DNA from: an uncultured Lichenihabitans sp.
Lineage (GTDB): Bacteria; Pseudomonadota; Alphaproteobacteria; Rhizobiales; Beijerinckiaceae
Length of the DNA stretch: 64,000 nt
Assembly: GCA_964244255.1 (NCBI GenBank)
Contig: CAXTIC010000016.1
Location: 7,695-71,694, forward strand
Direction: 5' to 3'
Shown: in pieces, positions 39,405 through 47,880 of the stretch
How the letters are laid out: every line of letters starts with the position of its first letter
Numbering within the stretch: position 1 is the first letter of the stretch
Translations under genes and position numbers: made by a program
Notes under the pieces: model-generated
What the model saw: the letters and a program-made list of their open reading frames with translations, nothing else
The model's database searches: none
Told to the model about the DNA's origin: nothing

Positions 39405-41992
39405 GGCGCGCACCAAGCCGCCACGGCCGTCGCCACCTCGTCGTCGCGCGAGCCCGGGTCGAGCGCGAGATCGCCCGGATCCGCTTCGAGCAGGCCGCCC
39501 GACCAATCGAAATAAGCCTTCGCGAGCCCCGTTGCGCGCGCGATCTCGTCCAGGAACCCGAACAGCCGGGCACGATAGGGCAGCAACAGCGCGTCGACCC
39601 CGTACTGTGCGACAATGGCGGGATACTCGTCCTCGGCCACGACCCCGCTGACGAACGTCGCGCCCGACGCCATCAGCCGAAGGTCGTCGAGGGTCTCGCC
39701 GACGACGACGATCGACGCGACGGCCCGGGCGCCGTTCCGCCCGGCGATCCGCAGCAGCAGGCGGTCGACATCCGGGGTGGGGAGCGGCACGAGAACGCCG
39801 ATGCGGGCCTTGATGCGGGCCTCTGGTCGCGCGGCTGGAAGGGCTTTCTGGGCGAGCGGACGCGCCCGCGCGCCCGTCGCGCGCCGGACGCGGGGCAAGG
39901 CGTCGCAACAGGCCCGAGCCATGCGGTCGGCCGCGATCAAGCGCGATCCCGGGACCAGCCCCGGAGGCGCCGGGCCGGCCGACGGCGGCGCGCTCACGCG
40001 GTCGGCGACCTTGAGCGCGTCGCGGTCCGCCACGAGGTCATAGGCGGGCGCCGGGCATTCCAACAGGGTCGCGAGGAGCGCGGAAGGCGTCGCGGCACGC
40101 TCGGCAAGCTCGATCCAGCTCACGTCGAGCGCGCCGAGGTAGTCGCGAAGCGCCGCGCTGCCGTCCGCCGCCAGGGGGAAGGCGAGGGTCTGAGGTGCAT
40201 CGCCCAACGGCGACCTCACCACGACCTCGGTGCCCCGCGTGGCGTCGCGGCGCCACGACACCGCGAGTACGCGCGCTCCGGCCGCGGCGAGTTCCCGCGC
40301 GCGCCGCGCCAACGCCGGCCCGAGGCGCTCGGCACGGCCCACGACGAGACACACCGCTCCGCGCGGGGATAGGCGTCTCTCGATCGCTATACGCGCCTCG
40401 CGAAGCGGATCAGCTTCGAGAAACGTCGCGCAAGCGAGCGTGTAGGCGGGAAAGCGCGCTTCGAGCACGGGGTAATTGCGCGCCACCCATTCCCGTTTCT
40501 CCCCCAGGAACGAACGCCCGCTCGCGTGAGCCACGAACAGGCCGGTCGCGGCCACATTGCGGAAACCCTTTTCCCGGGCGCGCAGGCAGAACTCCACGTC
40601 CTCGTAATAGCCGCGACCGTAAGCCAGGCTCAGCGGCCCGACGGCGTCGAGACAGGCGCGCGTGACGTAGAGGCAGAAGCCGATGCCGTTGACGAGGTCG
40701 ACCGCCCCGTATCCGTTGGCCGCGAAGGCGGCGGCGTCGACGGCGGCCGCGCGGGCGGGGTCGGGAAAAGGGTTGGGGACGTTGGGGCGCGGGAAGCTCG
40801 TGAACTGGCTGTCGTTCGAGAAAGGCAACACCGTGCCGACGCCGCCGACACCGCCGTGGGCCACGGCGGTGAGGCGGTCGATCGCACCGGCGGGAAGGAT
40901 GGCATCGGAATTGAGCAACAGCACGTCGCCCGTGGGACAGAGCGCGAGCGCCTTGTTCACCGAAGCGGCAAAGCCGTGGTTGACGCGGTTGTAGAGCAGA
41001 TCGGCACCTTCGGCACGGCAATAACGTTCGACGTGATCGGCGATGCGCGCGTCAGGCGTATCGTCGTTCACCACGACGACGCGCAGCGCGCATGCGGTGA
41101 GCTGGGCCTTCAAGGCGTCCAGGCAAGCCCGCGTCGCTTCGAAATCCCCGTAGACCGGAACGATCACGTTGACGACGGTGGCCGCCGCACCGCCCCGTAA
41201 GGCGGGCCGTTCCCCTTCCGCCGGCGCCCGGTCGTCAGGGCCGGGCGGGCGTGGGTCCTCCGAATCCGACGGCGGGAACCACCCGTCGGGCGACCCGCCG
41301 CGGCGGGTTCCGGCCTCGGTTTGCGGATAAAGACCCAGCGACGTAGCCGAAGCGCCGTCGACCCGCGCCTCGAGCGTCAAAGCGAGCGCGGCCGGATACC
41401 GGCGCTCGAACCTGGCCGCACCACCCAGGATCGAAGACAGCGGGTGATCCGGATCGCGCACGACGTCGAACCGATCGACGCGCGCTTCGGAGCGGACGGA
41501 GAGTTCGACGGCGCCGCTTCCCTTCCAGGCGACCCAGCCCGAGACGCGCGGGCCGTTTCTCGACGCGTGCAAGACGATGCCCTCGCCGGATCGACCGAGA
41601 TGGTCGATCGCGGCACGCAGGCTGTCGTCGGGCGCGCGGGGGTTTCCCACGAGCGCGCGCGCGGCCGCGAGTCGCGTGGCGATGCTCGCTCCGCGTTCCA
41701 GAGCGGCGCGGTTGACGAAGGGATCGTCCGCATCCAGGTCGAGGGCCGTTTCAAGGTCCCGCGCGGCGGCATCCCCGTGGCCGAGCGCGTGCAACGCCAG
41801 CGCGCGCAGCAGATGGTGCCAGGCCCGGGCCACGATCGGCAAGCGGCAACGACGGTCGGCGAACGCGAAGCCCGCGACGAAGTCGCCTTCGCTTAAGCAA
41901 CGCCTCGACGCGGTCGCGAGCGCGCCCGCGTGGCCATCCTTCGTGAACAACGCGCCGTCCCACGTCGCACGCGGGCCGATGTCTCCTGCCAT
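39401..41992 (-). CDS. large multidomain protein with a central GT2 glycosyltransferase domain
   Basis: 863 aa. The central GT2 core is VNVIVPVYGDFEATRACLDAL...VVVVNDDTPD...LLLNSDA...YYEDVEF. The N-terminal ~280 aa and C-terminal ~340 aa are unassigned. Confidence 0.85.
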   Translation of the reverse strand: MAGDIGPRATWDGALFTKDGHAGALATASRRCLSEGDFVAGFAFADRRCRLPIVARAWHHLLRALALHALGHGDAAARDLETALDLDADDPFVNRAALERGASIATRLAAARALVGNPRAPDDSLRAAIDHLGRSGEGIVLHASRNGPRVSGWVAWKGSGAVELSVRSEARVDRFDVVRDPDHPLSSILGGAARFERRYPAALALTLEARVDGASATSLGLYPQTEAGTRRGGSPDGWFPPSDSEDPRPPGPDDRAPAEGERPALRGGAAATVVNVIVPVYGDFEATRACLDALKAQLTACALRVVVVNDDTPDARIADHVERYCRAEGADLLYNRVNHGFAASVNKALALCPTGDVLLLNSDAILPAGAIDRLTAVAHGGVGGVGTVLPFSNDSQFTSFPRPNVPNPFPDPARAAAVDAAAFAANGYGAVDLVNGIGFCLYVTRACLDAVGPLSLAYGRGYYEDVEFCLRAREKGFRNVAATGLFVAHASGRSFLGEKREWVARNYPVLEARFPAYTLACATFLEADPLREARIAIERRLSPRGAVCLVVGRAERLGPALARRARELAAAGARVLAVSWRRDATRGTEVVVRSPLGDAPQTLAFPLAADGSAALRDYLGALDVSWIELAERAATPSALLATLLECPAPAYDLVADRDALKVADRVSAPPSAGPAPPGLVPGSRLIAADRMARACCDALPRVRRATGARARPLAQKALPAARPEARIKARIGVLVPLPTPDVDRLLLRIAGRNGARAVASIVVVGETLDDLRLMASGATFVSGVVAEDEYPAIVAQYGVDALLLPYRARLFGFLDEIARATGLAKAYFDWSGGLLEADPGDLALDPGSRDDEVATAVAAWCAP

Positions 41993-42126
41993 CCGACCTC
42001 AACGCCTGCCGCCGACGCACCGAAGCGAATCGCGGGCCCTGCCGCGAATCCTGCGCCCCGCCCGGCCGGCGACCAAACATGGTCCCAAGCCGCCTCGAAG
42101 GAAGTCCCCGCGGTGGGACGCGGAGG

Positions 42127-43212
42127 TCAGAAGAGGTGCGGGGTATTGGTCTTGTCGTCGCTGAAGACGATGTTGACGTTGTGGACGTTGATCGCCGGAC
42201 CGCCCGGCCCGAAGGTGATCGTGGTCGAGTTGTCCGCGTTCACCTGCGTCGTCGATCCAGCCTGCGCCTGGTTGATCTTGACCGTACCGACATGCGCCGG
42301 ATCCCCGCCGAAAATGGTGTCTATGCCGAAGTAGCCGTGGCCGTTGGCGTCGTCGCCGAGGTTGAGGGTCTGCACGCCGGGCGAGTTCTGGCCCGTGCCG
42401 ACCACGATCGTCTGGCCCTGGCCGAGCGCCGCACCCGAGAAGATCGTATCCTTGCCGAGCCCCGTGGTGATCGTATCGTTGCCCTGGGCGTGGATCTCGT
42501 TCCTGTTGCTGGCGAAGATGTCGGTGGTCCCGCCGCCGAAGATCGTTTCCGGGCCGCGGCCGCCGTCGATGGTGTCGAAGCCATGGCCGGCGGTGATGGT
42601 GGCGTTGGCGTTGCCGTAAACGAGGTTGCCGCCTTGGTGGAGGATGATGTTTTCGCCGCCCGCGCCCGCGAATACCGTATCGTGCGCCGCCGTGTCGTTG
42701 CCGGCCAGGATCGTGTCCTGCCCCGTGCCCCCCGCGATATTGCTGCTGCCGTTGCCGACGAGGGTATCGTTCCCGGTTCCGCCCCACAGAACGTTCGATC
42801 CGTGACCGCTGGCCGCGACGAAGGAATTGCCGCTGCCAGCGTCGACGGTGCTGGTATCGCCGCCCGCGATGGCCTTCAAAACGACCTTGGCGTCGCCGTT
42901 CCCCAACGCCACGTAGGCGCCGCCGGTCGGCTGGACATAGAGCGGGACCTGGTTGCCCGTCACCGGGTCGACGGCGGCGTTGCCGCCGATGACGACGACA
43001 TTCGTGCCGGCCGTCAGGGTGACGACCTGGTGTCCGGTCGCGCTCGTCGTGCCCGTCGCGTCGCTCGCCGTGACGGTTATGCTGCCTCCGCCCGTCGCGC
43101 CGAGCAGGCCGACGGATTGCAGGCTGCTCACCAGGTCGAGGGATGACAGCCCGGGCGCGTTGAGGTTGTCCAATATCGTCGCGAGATCGGCCGCACTGCT
43201 AATGTCGGTCAT
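42127..43212 (-). CDS. RTX-like calcium-binding repeat protein (probable T1SS substrate)
   Basis: 361 aa, Gly/Thr/Asn/Asp-rich, with no Cys and no signal peptide. It has nonapeptide-like repeats WGGTGNDTL, AGGTGQDTI, GGRGPETIFGGG and TGLGKDTIF, and an acidic/hydrophobic C-terminus. The SD AAGAGGTG is good. Confidence 0.85.
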   Translation of the reverse strand: MTDISSAADLATILDNLNAPGLSSLDLVSSLQSVGLLGATGGGSITVTASDATGTTSATGHQVVTLTAGTNVVVIGGNAAVDPVTGNQVPLYVQPTGGAYVALGNGDAKVVLKAIAGGDTSTVDAGSGNSFVAASGHGSNVLWGGTGNDTLVGNGSSNIAGGTGQDTILAGNDTAAHDTVFAGAGGENIILHQGGNLVYGNANATITAGHGFDTIDGGRGPETIFGGGTTDIFASNRNEIHAQGNDTITTGLGKDTIFSGAALGQGQTIVVGTGQNSPGVQTLNLGDDANGHGYFGIDTIFGGDPAHVGTVKINQAQAGSTTQVNADNSTTITFGPGGPAINVHNVNIVFSDDKTNTPHLF

Positions 43213-43242
43213 ATAACACCTCTTTTGGCCGAATCTGGGCGG

Positions 43243-44217
43243 TCATGATCGCGCTGCCCGAAATACGCGCACACGCGGAGCTTTTCCAAGGATCGAAGCG
43301 TCGTCCGAGCTCGTCGACGCGGCTTTCACGTGGAGCCGGAGTCCGACGAGGGCATCGAACCCGCCGGGACCGACGAGATCGACCGATCGCCCGCTCTGAA
43401 CCACGACCGGAGAACCCAGGAACAGGGCCTCGCCATGGATGGCGAACCGGTCGGCGGCGCGACCGACAAGGCGAAAGCGCAAGCCGGTCAGAGGCCTGGC
43501 CTGCCCGCGCGTACCCGCGAAGGCACCGGAGCCAAGCCAGGGCGACCAGCGGCCGTCCCTGCCGTTCGCGAATTGGGTCTCGATGTCGAGGTCGCCGTTG
43601 AGGATGCGAAGCTCGACCCCTTCGATGGGTGCCGGCTGGCTCGGGCCGCCCGCCCAATCGCCGCCCGCGATCAGCACGTCGCCGCGTCGCGCGATATGGG
43701 CGATGAAATCGACCTCGGCGGTGGGCTCGCTCGATGACCGCGCGGCGCCAGCCTCGGGCCCAACGGCCGGCAGGAGCCGCACCGCCGCCGTCCGAGGCTG
43801 ATCCGCCGCGTGCGGCTCGTCATCCCACGGTGCCCGCGCGAAGGGCGCATGCGACGGCGCCGCGACCCGCTCTCCCGTGGCCAGAAGCTCGAGATTGAAC
43901 TGCGCGTCGAGACTTCCGAACGTTTCGCGCGGCTGGATGGTGATGTCCAGGGTGCCGGCACCGTTCGACACGACGACGAGCGCGCACCCGGGCGCGGACA
44001 GCTCGCCCTGCGCGCAACCGGGGGCCGGCACCAGCACCACGCTTCCCGCACTCGCGCGAACCCTCGCCATCGGCGCACCCCGCCCCGCATTGCTCGAAAC
44101 GTAGCGGAGCGCGTAGAGCCCCTGTTCGACGGCGCAGGTTGATGTGCTTGAGGAGCTGGACACGATCGCTGAAATTTCCCGACGCTCGGATGGAACTTCC
44201 TCGCAGCGGCTGGTCAT
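43243..44217 (-). CDS. hypothetical protein
   Basis: ORF 43243..44319 trimmed to ATG 44217, because the upstream 34 codons are AT-rich promoter-like DNA. It is about 324 aa. Its stop lies 30 nt before the RTX-like gene start. No family recognised. Confidence 0.55.
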   Translation of the reverse strand: MTSRCEEVPSERREISAIVSSSSSTSTCAVEQGLYALRYVSSNAGRGAPMARVRASAGSVVLVPAPGCAQGELSAPGCALVVVSNGAGTLDITIQPRETFGSLDAQFNLELLATGERVAAPSHAPFARAPWDDEPHAADQPRTAAVRLLPAVGPEAGAARSSSEPTAEVDFIAHIARRGDVLIAGGDWAGGPSQPAPIEGVELRILNGDLDIETQFANGRDGRWSPWLGSGAFAGTRGQARPLTGLRFRLVGRAADRFAIHGEALFLGSPVVVQSGRSVDLVGPGGFDALVGLRLHVKAASTSSDDASILGKAPRVRVFRAARS

Positions 44218-44444
44218 ACCAACCGAAGGTTCCAAGCGCAATGCGAAACGCCGGGCAGGTTGCACATTATTGCGGCAATGCGGCTTTTTCTTATCTTTTT
44301 GTAAACGAATCTTGTTCACGCGCTAGGAGAAGGGCCACGCGCCCGGCGGCGGAACGCGCCGGCTTTGCGCGAGCGGTTCGCCCCGCGGAGCCGCCGGGAC
44401 TTGACAGCGTGGGGCGAAGCCGCCCGCGCACCGGGACCGCGGCG

Positions 44445-46472
44445 CTAGCGCTGGGGGGAGGGGAGCTGCCCGATCCGCGACACTTCCCGCTCCGCCGCCT
44501 CGATGCGGGCCAGCACGGGCGCGGTCTTCGCGGTATCCCGCCGGGCCGCCGCCTCGCCCCAGAAGCGCGAACGGCCGAGGTCGCGACCGACGACGAGACC
44601 TTCGCGGTAGAACTCCGCGAGCGTCAGTTGCGCCTCGATCATGCCCTGCTCGCCTGCCTTCTCGTACCAATGCAACGCCGCCGGCGTATTCTGCTCGGCA
44701 CCTTGGCCCTTGAACAGCATCACGGCCAGGTTGAACTGCGCCACCATGTGGCCGGCCCGCGCCGCCCGCTCGTACCAGGCGATGGCGGTGCCCAGGTCCT
44801 TCGGGACGCCCTGCCCCAAACAGTGCATGACGGCGAGCTGGAACTGCGCCGCCGGATAGTCCGCCTCGGCCGCCTTCCGGAACCAGGCGGCGGCCGCGAC
44901 GGGATCGGCCGACGAGACCCGGCCCTCGAGGAGGAGACCGCCCATGATCATCGTGGCCTCGAGGTCGCCGGCCTCGGCGGCGACCCGATACCATTGCACC
45001 GCGAGCCCCTTGTTCTCGTCGGAGGGATCGCGCTTGAGGTAGATCTGGCCGAGCTGCTTGAGGGCCGGCGCGTAGCCGGTCTCGGCGGCCTGGCGCAGCA
45101 ATTCCTCGGAGCGCGTCGGATCGTGGTCGGTGCCGTGGCCGGAGAGATGCAACATCGCGAGCGTCGTCTTCGCCTCGGCGTCGCCCGCGTCCGCCGCGCT
45201 TTGCAGCAAGCCTTGGGCCTTGGCGAGGTCCACGGGTATGCCGCGGCCCGCGAGAGCCATCAGCCCGAGCTTGGACTGGGCCGCCGCGATGCCTTGCTCG
45301 GCCGCCTTGTCGAACCAACGCGCCGCTGCCGCGAAATCCTGCGCGGCCCCGATCCCGTCGTGGTAGAACACCGCGATGTTGAACGCCGCCGTCGCGTGCC
45401 CCTGCTCGGCCGCGCGCAGGAACCATTTGGCGGCCTCCCGCATCACACGCGGCACGCCCTCGCCCCGCGCGTGCAGCGTTCCCAGCATGAACTGCGCCCG
45501 CGCATCGCCGGCTTCGGCGGCACGGCGGTACCATGCCGCGGCCTCGTTGAGGTTCGGGGCCACGCCCTGCCCGCGGCCGTAGAATTCCGCCAGGCTGACG
45601 ATGGCCGGGAGGTGGCCGGCCTTCGCGGCCGCGCGGAGGCGCGTTTCCACCACCAAAGGGTCCTTGGTCAGCCCCGCGGCACCCCGCCCATGCATCAGGG
45701 CGAGCTGGTGGAGGGCCGCCGCGACCTTGTTGCCTTCGGCCGCTTCCTCGAGAAGCCGGGCTGCCTCGATCTCGCCCTCGGCGCCGCGTCCGAGCAGGAT
45801 CATGGCGATCTCGTATTTGGCGACGGGCTCCCCCTGATCGGCCGCCCTGCGGTACCATCGTTCGGCGACGAGGGCGTCCCGCGGAACGCCGAGGCCGTAA
45901 TTGTGGATGGCGCCGAGCCCGAGTTCGGCGCGCGCGACGCCCCGTTCCGCCGATTTCTCGTACCAGGACCGCGCGCTAGCGGGATCCCGCTCACAGCCGA
46001 CGCCCTGGATGAAGAACTGCCCCAGCATCGCCATGGCGCCGCCATGCCCGTTGCGCGCGGCGGCCACCGCCCAATGATGGGCGCGCGACATGTCCTTGGC
46101 GACGCTCACGCCGGCCGGAAACAGCAACAAGCGGTTTCGTTCCGCCGCGTCGGGGTTTTCTTCGGTCGCGGCGGCGTACCACCGCGCCGTCGGGGTCATC
46201 AGGTGCTCGTCGCCGGTGAGATAGAGCAGGCACAACTGGTATTGAGCTTCGGTGTGGCCGAGCGCGGCCGCCTTCTCGAACCAGCTCACCGCCTGCGGCA
46301 TGTTGTAGACGACGCCCTGCCCGCGCAGGTAGAGTTCGCCGAGTTTGAACTGCGCCTCGGCGTCGTCGAATAGGCTCGCGCGCTTCCAAAGGCGGTAGGC
46401 CTTGCCGAAGTCCTCCAAAGCGAAGGCTACGTTGCCGCGCTCGCGCAGGGCGACTTTTTTCCGTCCGAACAT
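44445..46472 (-). CDS. Sel1-like repeat (SLR/TPR-family) protein
   Basis: 675 aa with about 16 units of the pattern A.......G.G...D...A..W(Y/F)..AA..G. There is no signal peptide or TM segment. Confidence 0.9.
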   Translation of the reverse strand: MFGRKKVALRERGNVAFALEDFGKAYRLWKRASLFDDAEAQFKLGELYLRGQGVVYNMPQAVSWFEKAAALGHTEAQYQLCLLYLTGDEHLMTPTARWYAAATEENPDAAERNRLLLFPAGVSVAKDMSRAHHWAVAAARNGHGGAMAMLGQFFIQGVGCERDPASARSWYEKSAERGVARAELGLGAIHNYGLGVPRDALVAERWYRRAADQGEPVAKYEIAMILLGRGAEGEIEAARLLEEAAEGNKVAAALHQLALMHGRGAAGLTKDPLVVETRLRAAAKAGHLPAIVSLAEFYGRGQGVAPNLNEAAAWYRRAAEAGDARAQFMLGTLHARGEGVPRVMREAAKWFLRAAEQGHATAAFNIAVFYHDGIGAAQDFAAAARWFDKAAEQGIAAAQSKLGLMALAGRGIPVDLAKAQGLLQSAADAGDAEAKTTLAMLHLSGHGTDHDPTRSEELLRQAAETGYAPALKQLGQIYLKRDPSDENKGLAVQWYRVAAEAGDLEATMIMGGLLLEGRVSSADPVAAAAWFRKAAEADYPAAQFQLAVMHCLGQGVPKDLGTAIAWYERAARAGHMVAQFNLAVMLFKGQGAEQNTPAALHWYEKAGEQGMIEAQLTLAEFYREGLVVGRDLGRSRFWGEAAARRDTAKTAPVLARIEAAEREVSRIGQLPSPQR

Positions 46473-46509
46473 GACGGGTGGGTGCTCCGAAATGGCGATG
46501 CGGGACCGC

Positions 46510-47880
46510 TCACCGCTCCCGCATGGACTCGCCGACCGCGCCGATGGCGCCCCCTATCACGTATGAGAAGAGGGACCGCGTTCCGACGTTGACGTCGGCG
46601 TGGAGCGTCATGCCCGGGATCAGGCGGAAGTGCTCGGGGACGCCGGTGAAATGGAACGCGTCGATCTTGACCCGCGCCTTGTAATAGGCCTCGACGGGCT
46701 TGCCGTCATCGGAGGTCGTGAACGAGCCTTCGCTGATCCATCGCAGCGTGCCTTCCGCCATGCCGTGCTCGGTCGAATTGAAGGCATCGATCTTGATCAG
46801 GCAATGATCGCCGGGACGCACGAACCCGATGTCGCTCGACCTCAGATGCACCTCGGCCTCCATCGGCGCGCGGGTCGGGACGAGCGTCATCAGTTCGTCC
46901 CCCGCCTTCAGCACCGACCCGACCGACAGTTTCGACATGCTCAGTACCACCGACGGCTCGGGCGCGACGAGCCGCACCAGGTCCTGGTGCTTGGTGGCCT
47001 TCTTGAGACTGCCCACCGCCGCGTCGCGTTCGTTCTCAGCCTTGACGAGGTCTTGGCTGCTTTGCGTGAACCATTGCTGGACGAACGCCTCCTTGTCGGC
47101 CGAAATCGACGACAATTGATGCTGCGACTCGATCAGGCTGTTGTGTCCGTTCTCCATCGTGCGCAGCATTTCGAGCCGGGCGTCATTGGCCTGAAGCAGG
47201 TTGAGCAGGCTGCTCGACCCGCTCTTGTAAAGCGTGTCGCGCATGTTCTCGATCTGATGCGAGATTTTCTCGCGCGCCTCGTAGCGTTCGGCGTCGGCCC
47301 GCAGCTTGGCGAGGGTGGCCTCCGTCGTTTTCATCTTTTCGTCGAAGCTGCGAAGCTGCGCCGCGAACTCGCTCGCGCGCTGATCGAACAGGGCCTTCTG
47401 CAGGCCGATGTAGGGAACCTCCTCGACCGGCACGTCGCCCGGAAACACGAGCGGGACCTTGTTCTGCTCGGCCTTGAGCCGCGTGATCTGCGCGTCGAGC
47501 CCGGCGATCTGCCGCGTGAGCTGCCCCACGTCGGCGGCCGCGAAGGTCGAGTCGAGGGTCGCCAGGAGCTGACCCTTGTCGACCTGCTGCCCTTCCTTGA
47601 CGTCGATGCTCTTGATGATCGACGGATCGAGCGCCTGGAACGTGCTGACCGATTCGGTCGACACGACCTTGCCTTGCTGACTGCCGACCATGCGGTCCAC
47701 CCGCACGAACGGCGTCATCGCGATGAGGGAGAAGAACAACCCAGCGAGCAGGATCACCGCCCATTGGGCGGTGGCGGGCTCGGGTGCTTCCCGGATGGCG
47801 TCGGACTCCGACTGCCATTGCCGGATGGTCTGGAGCGCGTTGGCGGAGCTAGGCGACACTCTGGGAACCTCGGTAGGCAA
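46510..47880 (-). CDS. HlyD-family type I secretion membrane fusion protein
   Basis: 456 aa with one N-terminal TM helix (WAVILLAGLFFSLIAMTPFV), long coiled-coil segments and a C-terminal beta-barrel motif (PGMTLHADVNVGTRSLFSY). Confidence 0.92.
   Translation of the reverse strand: MPTEVPRVSPSSANALQTIRQWQSESDAIREAPEPATAQWAVILLAGLFFSLIAMTPFVRVDRMVGSQQGKVVSTESVSTFQALDPSIIKSIDVKEGQQVDKGQLLATLDSTFAAADVGQLTRQIAGLDAQITRLKAEQNKVPLVFPGDVPVEEVPYIGLQKALFDQRASEFAAQLRSFDEKMKTTEATLAKLRADAERYEAREKISHQIENMRDTLYKSGSSSLLNLLQANDARLEMLRTMENGHNSLIESQHQLSSISADKEAFVQQWFTQSSQDLVKAENERDAAVGSLKKATKHQDLVRLVAPEPSVVLSMSKLSVGSVLKAGDELMTLVPTRAPMEAEVHLRSSDIGFVRPGDHCLIKIDAFNSTEHGMAEGTLRWISEGSFTTSDDGKPVEAYYKARVKIDAFHFTGVPEHFRLIPGMTLHADVNVGTRSLFSYVIGGAIGAVGESMRER

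Noticed and set aside
36588-39515. 975-aa plus-strand ORF, and the N-terminal extension of ORF 37041..39908
   Set aside because: The plus ORF is antisense to the methyltransferase and GT2 genes. The 37041..39908 ORF is better started at ATG 39404, which forms an ATGA overlap with the upstream stop. The extra 168 codons overlap the upstream gene in another frame.
44218-44319. N-terminal extension MNKIRLQKDKKKPHCRNN... of ORF 43243..44319
   Set aside because: The segment is AT-rich and Lys-rich, unlike the rest of the ORF. It is more likely promoter or 5'-UTR DNA.
44139-46373. 744-aa plus-strand ORF
   Set aside because: It is antisense to the Sel1-repeat gene, whose repeat periodicity is unmistakable.
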